A stretch of 64,000 nucleotides of DNA from Puccinia triticina (lineage: Eukaryota): NCBI GenBank assembly GCA_026914245.1, contig CP110439.1:372001-436000 (forward strand), in the 5' to 3' direction. Every line of letters begins with the position of its first letter. Position 1 is the first letter of the stretch. Both the position numbers and the translations under genes were made by a program. Positions 49,038 to 61,068 of the stretch are shown piece after piece. Below the pieces are notes generated by a model that saw nothing but the letters and a program-made list of their open reading frames with translations, was not told the DNA's origin and searched no databases.

Positions 49038-52000
49038 TTATTTGTTGGATACGGTTTCATTGGAGTATGTCATATCAGGATTGGCGATCTGAAAGAAAAC
49101 CCAGCACCAGATCAGAAATCAGACTATGGAGAAATAAAGAAAAGGAAAAGGACTTACGACAAGTCCAGACTGAGGCGTTTGATTGATGGTTTCCAATTCA
49201 TCGATAAATGAGCCGACTGAGTTCAGTCTGGATTTCCATCGTATCTGTGCGGCATCATGATCAGCTCGGCCGCAGGTCGAGTTGGCATGATCAATATCGT
49301 CGCACGAACATCGCGCAGAGCCGTAAGGATTGGTGTGGATTGAGTTGGATCCATCCATCACCGGAGAATGCATGGCAGTCGTGGTACTGCTTCGGGTGCC
49401 TTGAGAACCGTTCAGCTTGCTCAACTCGAATAAGTTCAATGAGTGATTTCCAGAGTACGACGAGCAGGTTGAACTCATAAATTCAGACGTCGGTGATGGA
49501 CTCGAGGCTATCCCTAAGAATTCTTGATGCAGAAGATTCGACGATCTTTTGGATTTCGAGAAAAGTCCAAAGAGGGTAGTCAGACTTGAGCTTGAACTTT
49601 TGCACAACTCGTGTTGTTTGGGACTCGGTTGAGGATCAGTTGGATGAGGAATGGTTGTGTCTTTGATGCTTGGACTTGCTGCAGCGTTGGCGTAACCTGG
49701 GTGAGAATCGTGATTGTTAGGACTTGGTATTTCGAGATCAAGAGGATGCAGCCCTGCTTTCATTTCTCGCGCACTCATCCGGCCTCCAATGCTAAGGGAT
49801 TTTTTCAGTCGAGCTGGACTCATGTTGAGTGCCATGGCTTTCTTGGAAGGACTGCCGGGTAATATTTTGAGTGACAGAGATGAGCTTAACCAGCTTCGGC
49901 GCTTAGATAGCTTGGATGAGTCGGAGGGTGTTTCGCCGTCGTCAGTTTTCTGGGGAGTATCCATGGAGTATTTTTCGATTGCTTCAATCTTGTCGGTATC
50001 GATTGTTTCTTCTAGATTGCTCTCGTCATCTTCAGGGGAATGCGCATCTACTGCTGAGGACGATGTTTCCTCAACGCCTGTCGGGGAGATGGGTTGGGTT
50101 GGTTGCATGTCATTCTGTAAAGGAACTGGAGGTTTTCGCTGAGTTTCCGATTCATTCAAGTCAAGATCAGGGTTGGTCACGCTTAGCTTGATCTCTTCGA
50201 TTGGTTCAAGGTCGATGGACGAGTCTCTGAAGATGTTCATTGGTGCGGATTTGGAATGTCGGTGTTTCTTCTTATAAGCTGCCAGAGTTGAGGGTACTTG
50301 CTGTTGGCCTAGCTCTTTTGGATCCTCGTAAGTCTGTTCATACGGCGAATCGGCAGGCGGTGGTATGTTTGTATGGCTCTGTGAGCTTAGACTCTTGGGG
50401 CTTGCACAAAACTGAGCGTCCTGGGCTAAAAGCACCGATGTAAATCTTGACTTGCCCTTGGAAGGATAATTTGGAGAAGATGAAGTTGCGTTGGCTAGCG
50501 TTGGTTGGTCTGGTTCGTGCATCACCGGGTAACTTGACATTGGCGAGATTGAATTGGGAGTAAAATCATGAGGCGATGGTGGATTGTAGTTGAAGTGGCT
50601 ATGCAGATGGCCCTTTGCCCCCTTCGGCGCTTTCATCGATGCAAAGCTGCCCCTCTTCGTGCTCCTTAGGGAAGCTGGCTCCATACATGAAAACACGGTG
50701 GAACGCCGTCGTTGTTTTTCAATGGCGCGGAATCCAACAGAAGAGGAGCAATTGTCGGTTTCCAATCCTCCATCGGCGCGAGAAAGTTGCTCAACCTGCC
50801 ACTCCGCGTATTGCATTCGCAAGAATCTGGAAAGCGCCGCCTGGTCTTGCTCCTCGTCCGAGTCAAATTCATCTCCTATCCCGTAACTTGTCTTGAGACG
50901 CCTGAGAGGTAGTGGTTTTGAGCTGGAATCCGAGAAGCCACTCGACATGGATGGTCGTAAGATTGAGGATAGTCTATCTGCTACAATATAAGACCGTCGT
51001 CGCATGGAAGAAGCTGTTGTGGCCGACCGCTCCTTCATAGACGTTGAAGACGATGGGATTTCGGCGCTTTCACACTCCATGTCTCGTTCAAAGCTCGAAA
51101 AATCAATAGGCTGGAGTATACCGTTGAGAGAGGAAACACTTTTTCCACTCGCTTTCAGGTTGCATTCCCTCGGGCATGACAAATTGCCTTGTGGAGGTGT
51201 TTCTGTGCAGTTAGGAAATGAAGCCTCATCTGCACTTTGACAAGTCGGACTGGCTGTGGGTGTGCTAAAGCTAGCTGTGAGAGAAACAATACGGCTTCGT
51301 AAAGAAGTGTGGATCGCAACGTCTTGGTGCTGATCCATCTCGTTCTCTCCCTGCGGCATGTCCAACGGCGGAGTTACATCGCTCATTCTTTCGGATGCGA
51401 TAGAGGTTTCAATTGGGTGGAGGATGCCGAAGTCGCGATGGGCTGGTAGACTTCGAACAGCTCTCGGATTGCTTGCAGTGTTTCTTGAGAGCTTCGGTGG
51501 ACTCGGAGGCACAGCCTTTATGGTCACTCGATGGCTCGCTTCCCTCGTAGACGAACTAAACAATCGCGGTTGATTTGGAATGTCTCGGTGTCTGCTCGAA
51601 TCTTTTCGACGTTCAAACCTTTTGCCACGAACATAACAATAAACCACAATGATGAGGCTCAATAAAATTGAAAGGCTAAATGCAAGGATGATAGCTTGTG
51701 GTTTGGGGATTAGCGTTGCAGATTTAACCTTCACAGACTGGGTGGGGTAATCCGCCGCGAAGTTTAATCGAGGAACCACTAGCGATATTGTTGATTCAGG
51801 AAAAGTCTGCGAGACCAGGCTCCGTCTTCCCAGTGGAAGAGAGCGAAACTTTACCGGCTGTGAAATGAAAGTGAAGTCTATCCATTTACCACCAGAGTCT
51901 GAATGAGCAGCCCTTCCCGGCATCAAGTGGTCAACCTCCGAAGGGGTCACGACCTTTGAGGGGGATGATGGTCCAATTGAGTGGGATCTTTCCTCTAGCT

Positions 52001-52085
52001 CAGTAATTTTCAAAACAGGCGAGCACCGGCAAGGAAATGGCGCCTGGCTCTGCCCCTGAGGAAACGGCTGCTCTTGCCCGTCCAT
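49038..52085 (-). CDS. Uncharacterised single-pass membrane protein with long disordered Ser-rich tail
   Basis: 988-aa ORF with TM segment IILAFSLSILLSLIIVVYCYV followed by RGKR. Terminal intron gives ...GLV|IANPDMTYSNETVSNK*. An additional 5' exon near 52312-52830 is possible. Confidence 0.7.
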
Positions 52086-53812
52086 GGCTCTGGAGAGTTG
52101 GTAATTGCGCCATGATAAACCGCTCGCTTCCTCGTGGGATGATTGAAGGCGAAAATTACGAACAGACCACTGGTATGTTTTTGCGTGATGGTCCAGGGTA
52201 GATTGGGTGCACCAAAGAACGTGTTTCTGAGGTTATACAAGAGCCAACATACGATCGGTTACTACTATCGGTGACCAACGTGATTAGGGTAATTAGGCAG
52301 TGTGTGACTCACCTTCGCATTGGTGTTTCCGGCACTACAAGTGCAAGTAATTTTCCGAGAGTAGACCTTCTCGAATATGTCTTCCATCTGTTGATAAAGC
52401 TTGGCTTTGAAGTTTCTGGGCTTGGATGGCCCACTTTGTTCATGAACAGCCAGCGGCTGAAAAGAATTGGCTGCCTCAGGACCTGCAGCATGGTGGACGA
52501 TACACCTGCGAGCACGTTTTGAACTGGCTTCCAGGCAGGCAGATTGCTCCGATGCGCCGGGTGCAGGCTCACTAGTATCGTCGGGGATCATGTCTGAAGG
52601 GCCTGAGTACTCGTGCTTATAATGAATTAGTGTTGTGCTGAAGTAAATTCTGTGTGAGTTGCGGCACCACAGGTTTGGGAAACAAATTCTGTCAGGCAAA
52701 TCCTTTCTGCTTTGAATGGGAGGATTGAAAAGACGTACGCCGGGTATGTGCCAAGTCTGTTTGCTTCCTGGATCAGTATCAGTTGAAACTTGCTCAGCTA
52801 GAATTGGCAGCCGGTACAAACTCATCTTGCTGCTTGAAATCTGCGCACTCACCAGTATACTCTTGCTTAGCGCGAAATGGTCGGTTCGCAACAAGGTCTT
52901 AATCGGTCAGCTGTGCTCACAAAGGATCAAATGAATGTGTAGAAAGGAATCGAAGTTATGATCAGTCCTCAATGTTTACTAGGAAGGCCGCGAGTCCATA
53001 GGTAAAAAGGAATGAATGATTGTAAGGCTTCCAAAAAAATTGCAGTAGGAAAACCAACGTGAAAATTCACGCACCAGGCCGACTGGCCACTTGGGCTTGT
53101 TTATCACATGTAGTAGTTGTGCAAAACCCATTTCTCCCTGTTCGTGCATAGCTTGAAGAAAAGCTCGTGAATTTTTCTCGAAGCGGACAGTTGACCCAGG
53201 AAAGACGCCTCTCGAGAACTCTTTACTCTATATTAGACTCCTTGGTGCTCGCTCACTGCAAGGACGCAGTGCTTGGTCATGCTAGCAGATTATAAGTGGG
53301 TCGCGGGAAACACAATCTCTTCTTAGGTCTCTGTGGCATGAATGCGTCTCACTTTCCGCTACAGCGTTGAATCAAAAATTGAGGGCGGCCATTGCGACTT
53401 TTCGTCAGAAGGAAAACAAACAGCACCAACACAGGAAAAAGTCAAATTCATCCAAATAATGTGATTCTTTATTGGATGCAGTGCTACCAACTAATCTCAG
53501 TCTGATATCCCCAAGGAAATAAAAAAATATGTAATTCTCATCTTCAAGCCACGGTTGGGCGCGCTCTGTGGTGTATGTTGCACAGTCCGCAGCCCGTGGT
53601 GCGGCAGCTGGGCGGCGGGACCCGGTGAAGCCTCGATCGACCGATCGCCATTCCCCGAGATTGCCGACTGGCTTTGCCTCAACAGCAGATTTCAAACAGC
53701 ACACACACCTCTCATCGGCCGGACACCCACAGCGATCGACTGAATCCCTCGGTAACTTGGTCCAACTTCTCCTCGCCCCTCATCTCGATCCCCTCAAATC
53801 GTAGCCGGCAGG

Positions 53813-54588
53813 ATGTCACCCTCAGCCACTATCAACGTAAGCGGTAGAGATCGATTGACTGTCCATGCACAACATCCCTCCAGCCGATCATGAGCTCTCC
53901 GAATCTCCCAATCCCCGAAAAACGAGAGACGTATTCCATTTGGCTCCCAATCAGATTGATTCATAAAGCGCAATATTTGCAAAATTTATCCCTGCACCGC
54001 GGCTGCTTCCTCTCTGCAGACCAGGCAATGGGATTTCCTGAAAAGAAATCCATTGCACTCCATCTGATCCTGCTTTTCCTTTTCGCCTGCACTCTGATCC
54101 TACGCTATATGTATTGAGAAGAGGTTATGAACTCGATTACTGACAATTGGACTCTTTCTTTTTGGCTTTTGGCTATAACAGGTTGTACGATATTCTGCGC
54201 TTGCAAGTGGAATCCTTTACGGCATAGTTCACAAGCAAACCTTGAAATCGAAATACGAAAATTTACACTACGAAGAGGAGGTTCATAAACGAGAGAATTG
54301 GGTCAAAGAAGCTAAACGGGCTTGGCAATCCAGGCAGCTTACCAACTCGGGTTTGTTCCGCGCTTCCTCTTGCACTTGCAATCCTGTTGTTCTGGATGTC
54401 TTTGAGAATCGATCAAACTTGGAAGGATGTATTTTCTGACATGCTGACTAATTTCTCATTATCCTATTTTTTCGGGTCTTTTTCTTTGTCTGTGATTGGT
54501 TAAAATAGCCGGGATAAACAACGACCCTGATAGTCCATCGTTTGATCTGGAAGCTTTCTTGAATCAGTTGGCGACGGCAAACCAATGA
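53813..54588 (+). CDS. ATP21: Mitochondrial ATP synthase subunit e
   Basis: Three exons: MSPSATIN|VVRYSALASGILYGIVHKQTL...WVKEAKRAW...|GINNDPDSPSFDLEAFLNQLATANQ*. Contains the typical RYSAL..G..YG and DP....FDLE motifs. Confidence 0.9.
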
Positions 54589-55412
54589 AAGGATTGAAAT
54601 ACGCCCAGATGATATGATGTAGATAAGAAGAACACAGATGGATACATTGCATGTAGATAGGCTGGGGAACTAGTATATATACATGTAAGAGACCCTGCGG
54701 CTACCCAGTCTAGGTTACAACGCTCAACTCTATCTGATCCATCATACCATCTTCCACTTTGCTTTCCTGCTGCCATTAATTTGTTGTTTGGTTATCAACT
54801 CTGAGAAGAGAAAACAACTGTGCTCAAAAACCTCTTTTTTAAACACTTAATTAGATATTGCATTTCTTGTGACAAACATTTCAGCACGTGTCAAGTGTTC
54901 AACTTTTTGATTTTAGGTTCATTTGTTGTAGGAATGGGGAAACCTGTTCTGTCTCCAGCATACTACATACAATGACAGGTGGAAAAGTTGCCCACTCCAT
55001 GAGTTGATACTTTTGGTTTCCAAAGGTGAAATTTGAGTGGGTACAGGTCAGGACCTGCTTGCTGGGGATCTGGCACAGGCAAGACAAACTCCAGGAGATT
55101 GTTTTACCACTAAGCTACAAAGCTGCTAGTAGACAGATTCAAAGTATGGCAATAAAAATCCTGACATTTGAAAATATTCACTGAACTCCTTCTCAACTGT
55201 CACATAACTGTCTTCAAACAAATTCATCTGGACAGACCAATTTATTAAACCTTGCCAAGCTTACCTTGGTGGGTCTTGTTAGCTGATAGCTAGAATAGCA
55301 GAGTTTTGCACCCCTTCAACATTCAGAAAAAGAGTTTCACAGCCACTTCACTGACTTACTGTCCAAATTGGCACACCTACACCTGTGGGTGGGTACCTGG
55401 GTACCTGCCCAT

Positions 55413-55994
55413 CTAACTTAGCTAATTCCCTCCTTGGGGGAGCAAAGCGACCTCTGAAGGAGGGAACCTACACGCTATGTGGACCCCGCGGCCTGAGAGA
55501 ATTGTGACTTTTGGTGGAGACTTTTTTAGAATCACTCTCCCTCATGAGCCTCTGCACCATTTTTTAAATTGTTTACATTTCTGGGATGGCCCAAGCTGTC
55601 CCTATTTTTCTACTATTTTTTCCCATCCTAAACACCTCTTGTTGAGCTGCAATCAGAGTTGTAACATCATGGATTCCAGATTCTGTACAGTGCAACATGT
55701 GTGATACGGGATATAGCCAACTAGATGAAGTTACAAAAAAATACATCTGAATGTCATTACATATCCCTAAAAATAGGACAATAGGTGGAAAGATTCTCCT
55801 TGATGTTCTGCATATTTTGTTCCCCTACAACTCAATCACATAATGTGATGTGACAAAGCTACACAGGATTGAAAAAGGCCAAGTTCCTGATTCTCTCAGG
55901 CAGCGGGGTCCACTTAGTGTCTAAGTCCCTCCTTCGGAGGGTCCCTGCGGGACGGCGTCCCCCCTCCACAAAGAGAGGGACTTAGTTAAGTTAG
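55413..55994. mobile_element. MITE with long imperfect TIRs and 8-bp TSD
   Basis: Ends CTAACTTAGCTAATTCCCTC / GAGGGACTTAGTTAAGTTAG. Inner arms GTGGACCCCGC.GCCTGAGAGAAT. TSD CTGCCCAT (55405-12, 55995-56002). Confidence 0.88.
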
Positions 55995-56055
55995 CTGCCC
56001 ATGAATGCTGGTTACCCAACAACAGGTCAACTTGGTGATCTCTAGCATAGTTCTA

Positions 56056-57816
56056 CAGACTTACTTTGCACACTGCAAAAAGCTCTTTGCGCACTGTGGG
56101 GGTTGTTGTTTTGACATCCAGCACCCAGTGCGCGCTTCTGCCATGGCTCTTTGCGCACTGCAGATTAAAATGTGTGATTTTGAATTTGCTTTGCTGCCAG
56201 CCAGCAGAGGGAATTTTTCTTGCCCCTCCATGAAATTCTTTCGGATTTTGGAACCATCTGAATGACACAAAAGAAAGGTGAAAAATAAATACTACAAAAT
56301 AATCTGAGTACCTGATCCTGACCACCCGGGAATGCTCCCCCAGGGCTTTCTGACTAAGGTTCCGATCCGGACCCCGCAGATCCGGAGAAATCCGGAAACC
56401 CCGCAGGCCAAATCAGGGTTCGGGATTGAGCTCAAGAGATCCGGAATCCGGTCGGATAGTGAAAAGCACTCCAAAAGCGAGATTTATGCGGGTAAACCTC
56501 AGAAAACACCCAAAAATAGTGTCTTTTCTTGGGGAATACCCGTCAAACCCGCATGAATCGGGAACTCTACCGGGGAATCCCCGGCATACCCAATCAAATT
56601 GGCACTTTTTTTGAGAAATGCCCCATGCTTTCAGATCCGGGAAAATCCGGCCGGATTCTGGATAAGACCAGGGTCAGGGTGCGGGATGGATGACATCTGG
56701 CTCCGGGGCACCGGATCGGAACCTTATTTCTGACCCACCAAAACTCAATTGGCTGGGTAACCCTTCAAAAGCAAAGTTCAAGGGGCATAATCTATACATG
56801 TATGTAAATAAATGCCACCAGCGGTCACCCTGGTACACCCGGCTGCCATGCCGATGGAGCAAGAACAGGGGCAGCCGGCAGGCAATTCAACCCGGTCAAT
56901 CAGGCACAACCTGGCTGCCCAACAAGGAAATTGCTCTCCGGTCGATCAGGCTATACAATCTGACTGACCTGCAGGAAAGCCTCACCTGATCAACCAGGAG
57001 GAAAGCCTCACCTGAACAACCAGGAAGACCCTCAAGCAGGTCTGCAAGCACATTTGTCATCCTGATTGCAGCCTATGACGATTTCCTCAGCCCTCAGCAA
57101 AAGCACCACCGCAGGTGGGGTGATCAGCAAGCCCAAGGAACATGCCTGCACTGCAAGTTCTCTAAGCTTGCTTGCCACGGAACCCATTGACCTGTCTGGA
57201 TAATCACCCACAGAAAATGATCAGGTGGCCGGCAAGAGGCTTTCCTGCTGTTTGATCAGGGTTTTTCCAACAGTTTTTCCTCCCAATCAATCCGGAGGCC
57301 AATGAGAGCCTTTACTCATGTTCAATCACGCAAGGCTTTCCTCCCAGTCAATGAGGTGAGGCTTTCCCCCCGGTCAATCAGGTTTTATAGCCTGATTGAC
57401 CGGGAAGCAATTTCCTCTTTGGGAAGCCAGGTTGTGCCTGATAAACCAGGTTGAATTGCCAGCTGGTTGCCCCTGCTGTTTTTCCACCAGCACAGCGGCA
57501 CTCAATCAGGTGATCCTTTCCTTCCACTTGTTGAATTTTGGCGGGTCAGTAAGCCCCAAGGGAGTGTTCCCAGGTGGTCAGGAGCAGGTGCTCAGATTAT
57601 TTGTATTATTTATTCTCCACCTTTCTTTTGTGTTGGTTCCAAAATCTCCAAGAATCTAATGGAGGGGCAAGAGAAATCCCCTCTGTTGGCTGGTAGAAAG
57701 CAACAAAATCTGAAAAATCACACATTTCAATTTGCATTGCGCAAAGAGCTGTGGCAGAAGCGCGCAATGGGGGCTGGAAGTCAAAATGACAACCCACAGT
57801 GCGCAAAGTAAGTCCA
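56056..57816. mobile_element. Foldback-like non-autonomous element with very long degenerate inverted arms
   Basis: 56056-~56750 pairs with ~57530-57816, and ~56860-57010 pairs with ~57330-57480. TA lies outside both ends. Confidence 0.75.
56355..56726. mobile_element. hAT-like MITE nested in the left arm of the foldback element
   Basis: TIR TAAGGTTCCGATCCGG ... CCGGATCGGAACCTTA. 8-bp TSD TTTCTGAC (56347-54, 56727-34). Internal ATCCGG repeats. Confidence 0.92.
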
Positions 57817-58660
57817 TAGTTTTAAATTTTTTAATGATTTGGGTTGTTTTCCAGTGAAAAAAAGTTTACCCAGGACAATTCAGACCTGTACATGGCACCG
57901 GAAGACAGGTGCCCAATGACAGGTTCAGGTACCTCCTGTAAAAGCATAGAAATCAGCCATCTCAAGAGGAAATGGTGCAAGCAACTGTGCAACAAATCCA
58001 ATACATGTATTGTATCAGATTTCTCTGCAAATACAAAATGAATTAGTGTGTTTGTATTGTATTGCCTGAAAGAAAACAAAGATCTAAGATTTATTTCTTG
58101 TTAGACAATCTAGACTTATGGTTTATATACAACTAGTTTTGGCTAGAGAAATAAGAGTAAGAAATGCTTTTTACCTAAGAGCAGGAGATTGAACGCTCTC
58201 TACTAGATAAACTTGAAAGGAAATAAGAACAAAGATGAAGCTCTGCAAAACCTTTTGGTCTGTTCCAAAACAAGATTTCTTGTCATCAGTTCTTGCCCTG
58301 TTCCATAGTGCAGTCCATTTTTGGTTCTCACATGGAAAGAACCGCTGCTGAGCGCTATCCCGCTTTTTAAGCTTTGGAGAAACAACATAGTAAACTCACA
58401 ACATTATGTGCAGTTTTTGTGCAGCCGTGCTTGCTCATCAGTCTTTTTGTTTCCCTTCACTCAGCTTTGTAGCACAGCAACTCACCAATTGTTTCTCCTT
58501 CTCTTTGAGAGGAATCAGTGGTTGTTGTCTCTTTTGCGTTGACTTTGTCTAGCAGAAAATGGGCAGTGTGTTAGCTCCTGCCTAGTATTTTATCTTCCAG
58601 TGTTGATCCCACCGCTTACCTTTGGCCCTGGTGGTTATCTGATCCTTTCAGATAATAGGC

Positions 58661-58799
58661 TTCAAAGTAGACCCGCGCGTGCATGCAGGTCACTTTGCAT
58701 AACCCAGTTTTGCGGGGAGACTGCAAGTCAACGTTCAAAATTTGAGTTGAACGCCGGCTTGCCTTGCCTTGCAAGTGGCATGCGCGGGTCTACTTTGAA
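58661..58799. repeat. Small inverted-repeat element
   Basis: TTCAAAGTAGACCCGCGC ... GCGCGGGTCTACTTTGAA, perfect 18-bp arms. No clear TSD. Confidence 0.65.
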
Positions 58800-61068
58800 T
58801 CCCGCTAATGACTTTTGGTTGGGATTTTCCTTGAGCCAAGTCTTGCCGCTTGCTTCCGTTGGACCTGTAAGCACCAGAGGTGTAATCAGAGTTTTTCCAA
58901 CATCAGCTGCTCTGCACTTGGACTACGGAAGGGTTTGCTTTGCTTAACATCTTCCGCAGCTGTTTTAGCTCGTGAAATTCTTCTCAATTTATGAGAAGAT
59001 TGCCGGTCACCTGAGACCATAATCTCACATTGCCCCCCCCAATACAATACAATACAGTCTAAATGAAATTTGTTGAACAAGCCAATCCAAAAGATATTAC
59101 ATATGAGGGGGGCAATAAAAAATTCAAAAAATACAGTCTATTGTATTGGATGAGCAATACAATACAAATACAATCTATATGCAATACAGGGGAATGCAAA
59201 TACATGTATTGGAGTTTTTGCACTGTTGGTGCAAGGATGGACCACAGCATGATTTGAGAGATGGATGATCCCAGGGTTGTAAGACTCAAAAGCAGTTGTG
59301 AACCCCGTTTTCTGAATGGTTAAGGGCATGATGGAGGTGCAAACTCTGCCCTTCTGACTATCAGATAAAAAGACCCACCAAGGCAAGTTTGGCAAGTTTT
59401 GTGAAGTTTTAGGATTGGCTGGATCATTCTCAAGACAAATTTGTTGATGAAATATCACAAGGGCTGATTTCTGATATAAGGATGTAATTATTGTTCAAGG
59501 GTGACTGTAATTTGTGAGTGATGAACTGAGGAACTGAAAACTGGGGGATAGATCTGCTTGAATAGAAAAATTGGGGGGATTTGAACGCAAGGGGGGGCTC
59601 TGGGAAAAATATTTTAACTAGCTTGACAAGTGGAATCAGGGAATTTACCTAGCCTAGACAGGAGCACGAGTGCTTTTGGCTGGTGGTAGTAGATACAAGT
59701 GGTGTCATAATTATTTCTGGGGTACTGGAAATTTGGAATGGTGTCAGGAGACTTCAGAGAGGCTGCAGAAAGTGACAGAGGGATGCACAAGGTGAAATAC
59801 AGAGGCAAGGAGTGTGTACATGAGGTCTGAGGCTGCAGAAGCAGTGTAAGATTGTTAATGTGGTGACTTGTATTTTGTTTCAAGTCTATGCTTCACACAT
59901 TTTCTATTCATTTCACCTGTATTCTATTTTTACTGCAATCTCTTTTCATCATTCTGATATTCAATGTCATGATCCTTCCACAATCATTGAACACCACCCA
60001 CACTGTGCCTTCTGTCATTAAACCACGGACGCAAAACCAGGAAGTAGATTTGAATGATACTCAAATGAAAATCAATCCAGCACAGATGTCATCAACCCTG
60101 GCCCACACCAAATTTCACATATTTTTTGAACATGTCCCAAATAATTTTTGAATATTCTTTGAATGCTTGTTGAAAACTATTGAGCAGTATCCTTTTGAAG
60201 TATGTTCAAAGTGAAACCTTAAGAGTGTGTCTGTGGTGTAGCTTTCAGCTTTACTCACACAAATCAGATATAAACTCATAATATGCAGCACCAGGGATGT
60301 TTCCATGGCACTTGCATGCAAGTGCTTTCTGGTAACTTGACAACACATTTTGTTTGAGCCCCGGGACATGGTGGTTGTAAGTCATGCATAACTTTGGACC
60401 TGTTTTGGTCAAACCTGTCTGAATTTCAGTTGATCTTTTGTGAAAATCAAGTGTAAGTCTTGTGCAAATCAGTTGAAAGTTCAATTGAGTCTGTGTTCCA
60501 GCTGTTTGACATCCAGCCCAAACCTACACCAACGTAAATAAGATCCATCTGATCCGATCAAATTATAATCTGAGTTACACCTCACTAATCCCAGCACATA
60601 TAGAGAAGTTGCTAGACCTGGTGATGGAATTTCAAATCTCACCCCTGTTTAGATGTTTCTTCTCAACAGCTGCTTGTTTGCAGAAAGTTTGCGATCACAA
60701 AATGTTGTTTTTTGTGTAACATACTTATGCTTTGAAATTTTATATGCTGACCCAGCAACTCACATCAAATATTCCAGGGCCAACATTTTGCATGTCTTTG
60801 CATACAACTAGTGACATTATGAGCATAAACTGTGTTCTGCCGATGCAAATGATGACCAGAGGTTTACTTTATATAAACTTTTATGGATAACCCTTCATAT
60901 CTCCTCGGTAAATCCACAAACTGAGCCAAGCAGGCTACCATATGTAACAACAAACCAAAAATTGGCACTTGATCCACATCAGAATTGACAAGGAGGTGAA
61001 ACTGATATATCTCCCTGTGTTTGCCGTCACAGTATCCTCTGAAGTATTACGCAACCTCTCCTTCCAAA

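Noticed and set aside
57990..59210. AATACAATAC-rich patches as ends of one more transposon
   Set aside because: No matching TIR pair or TSD could be defined by eye.
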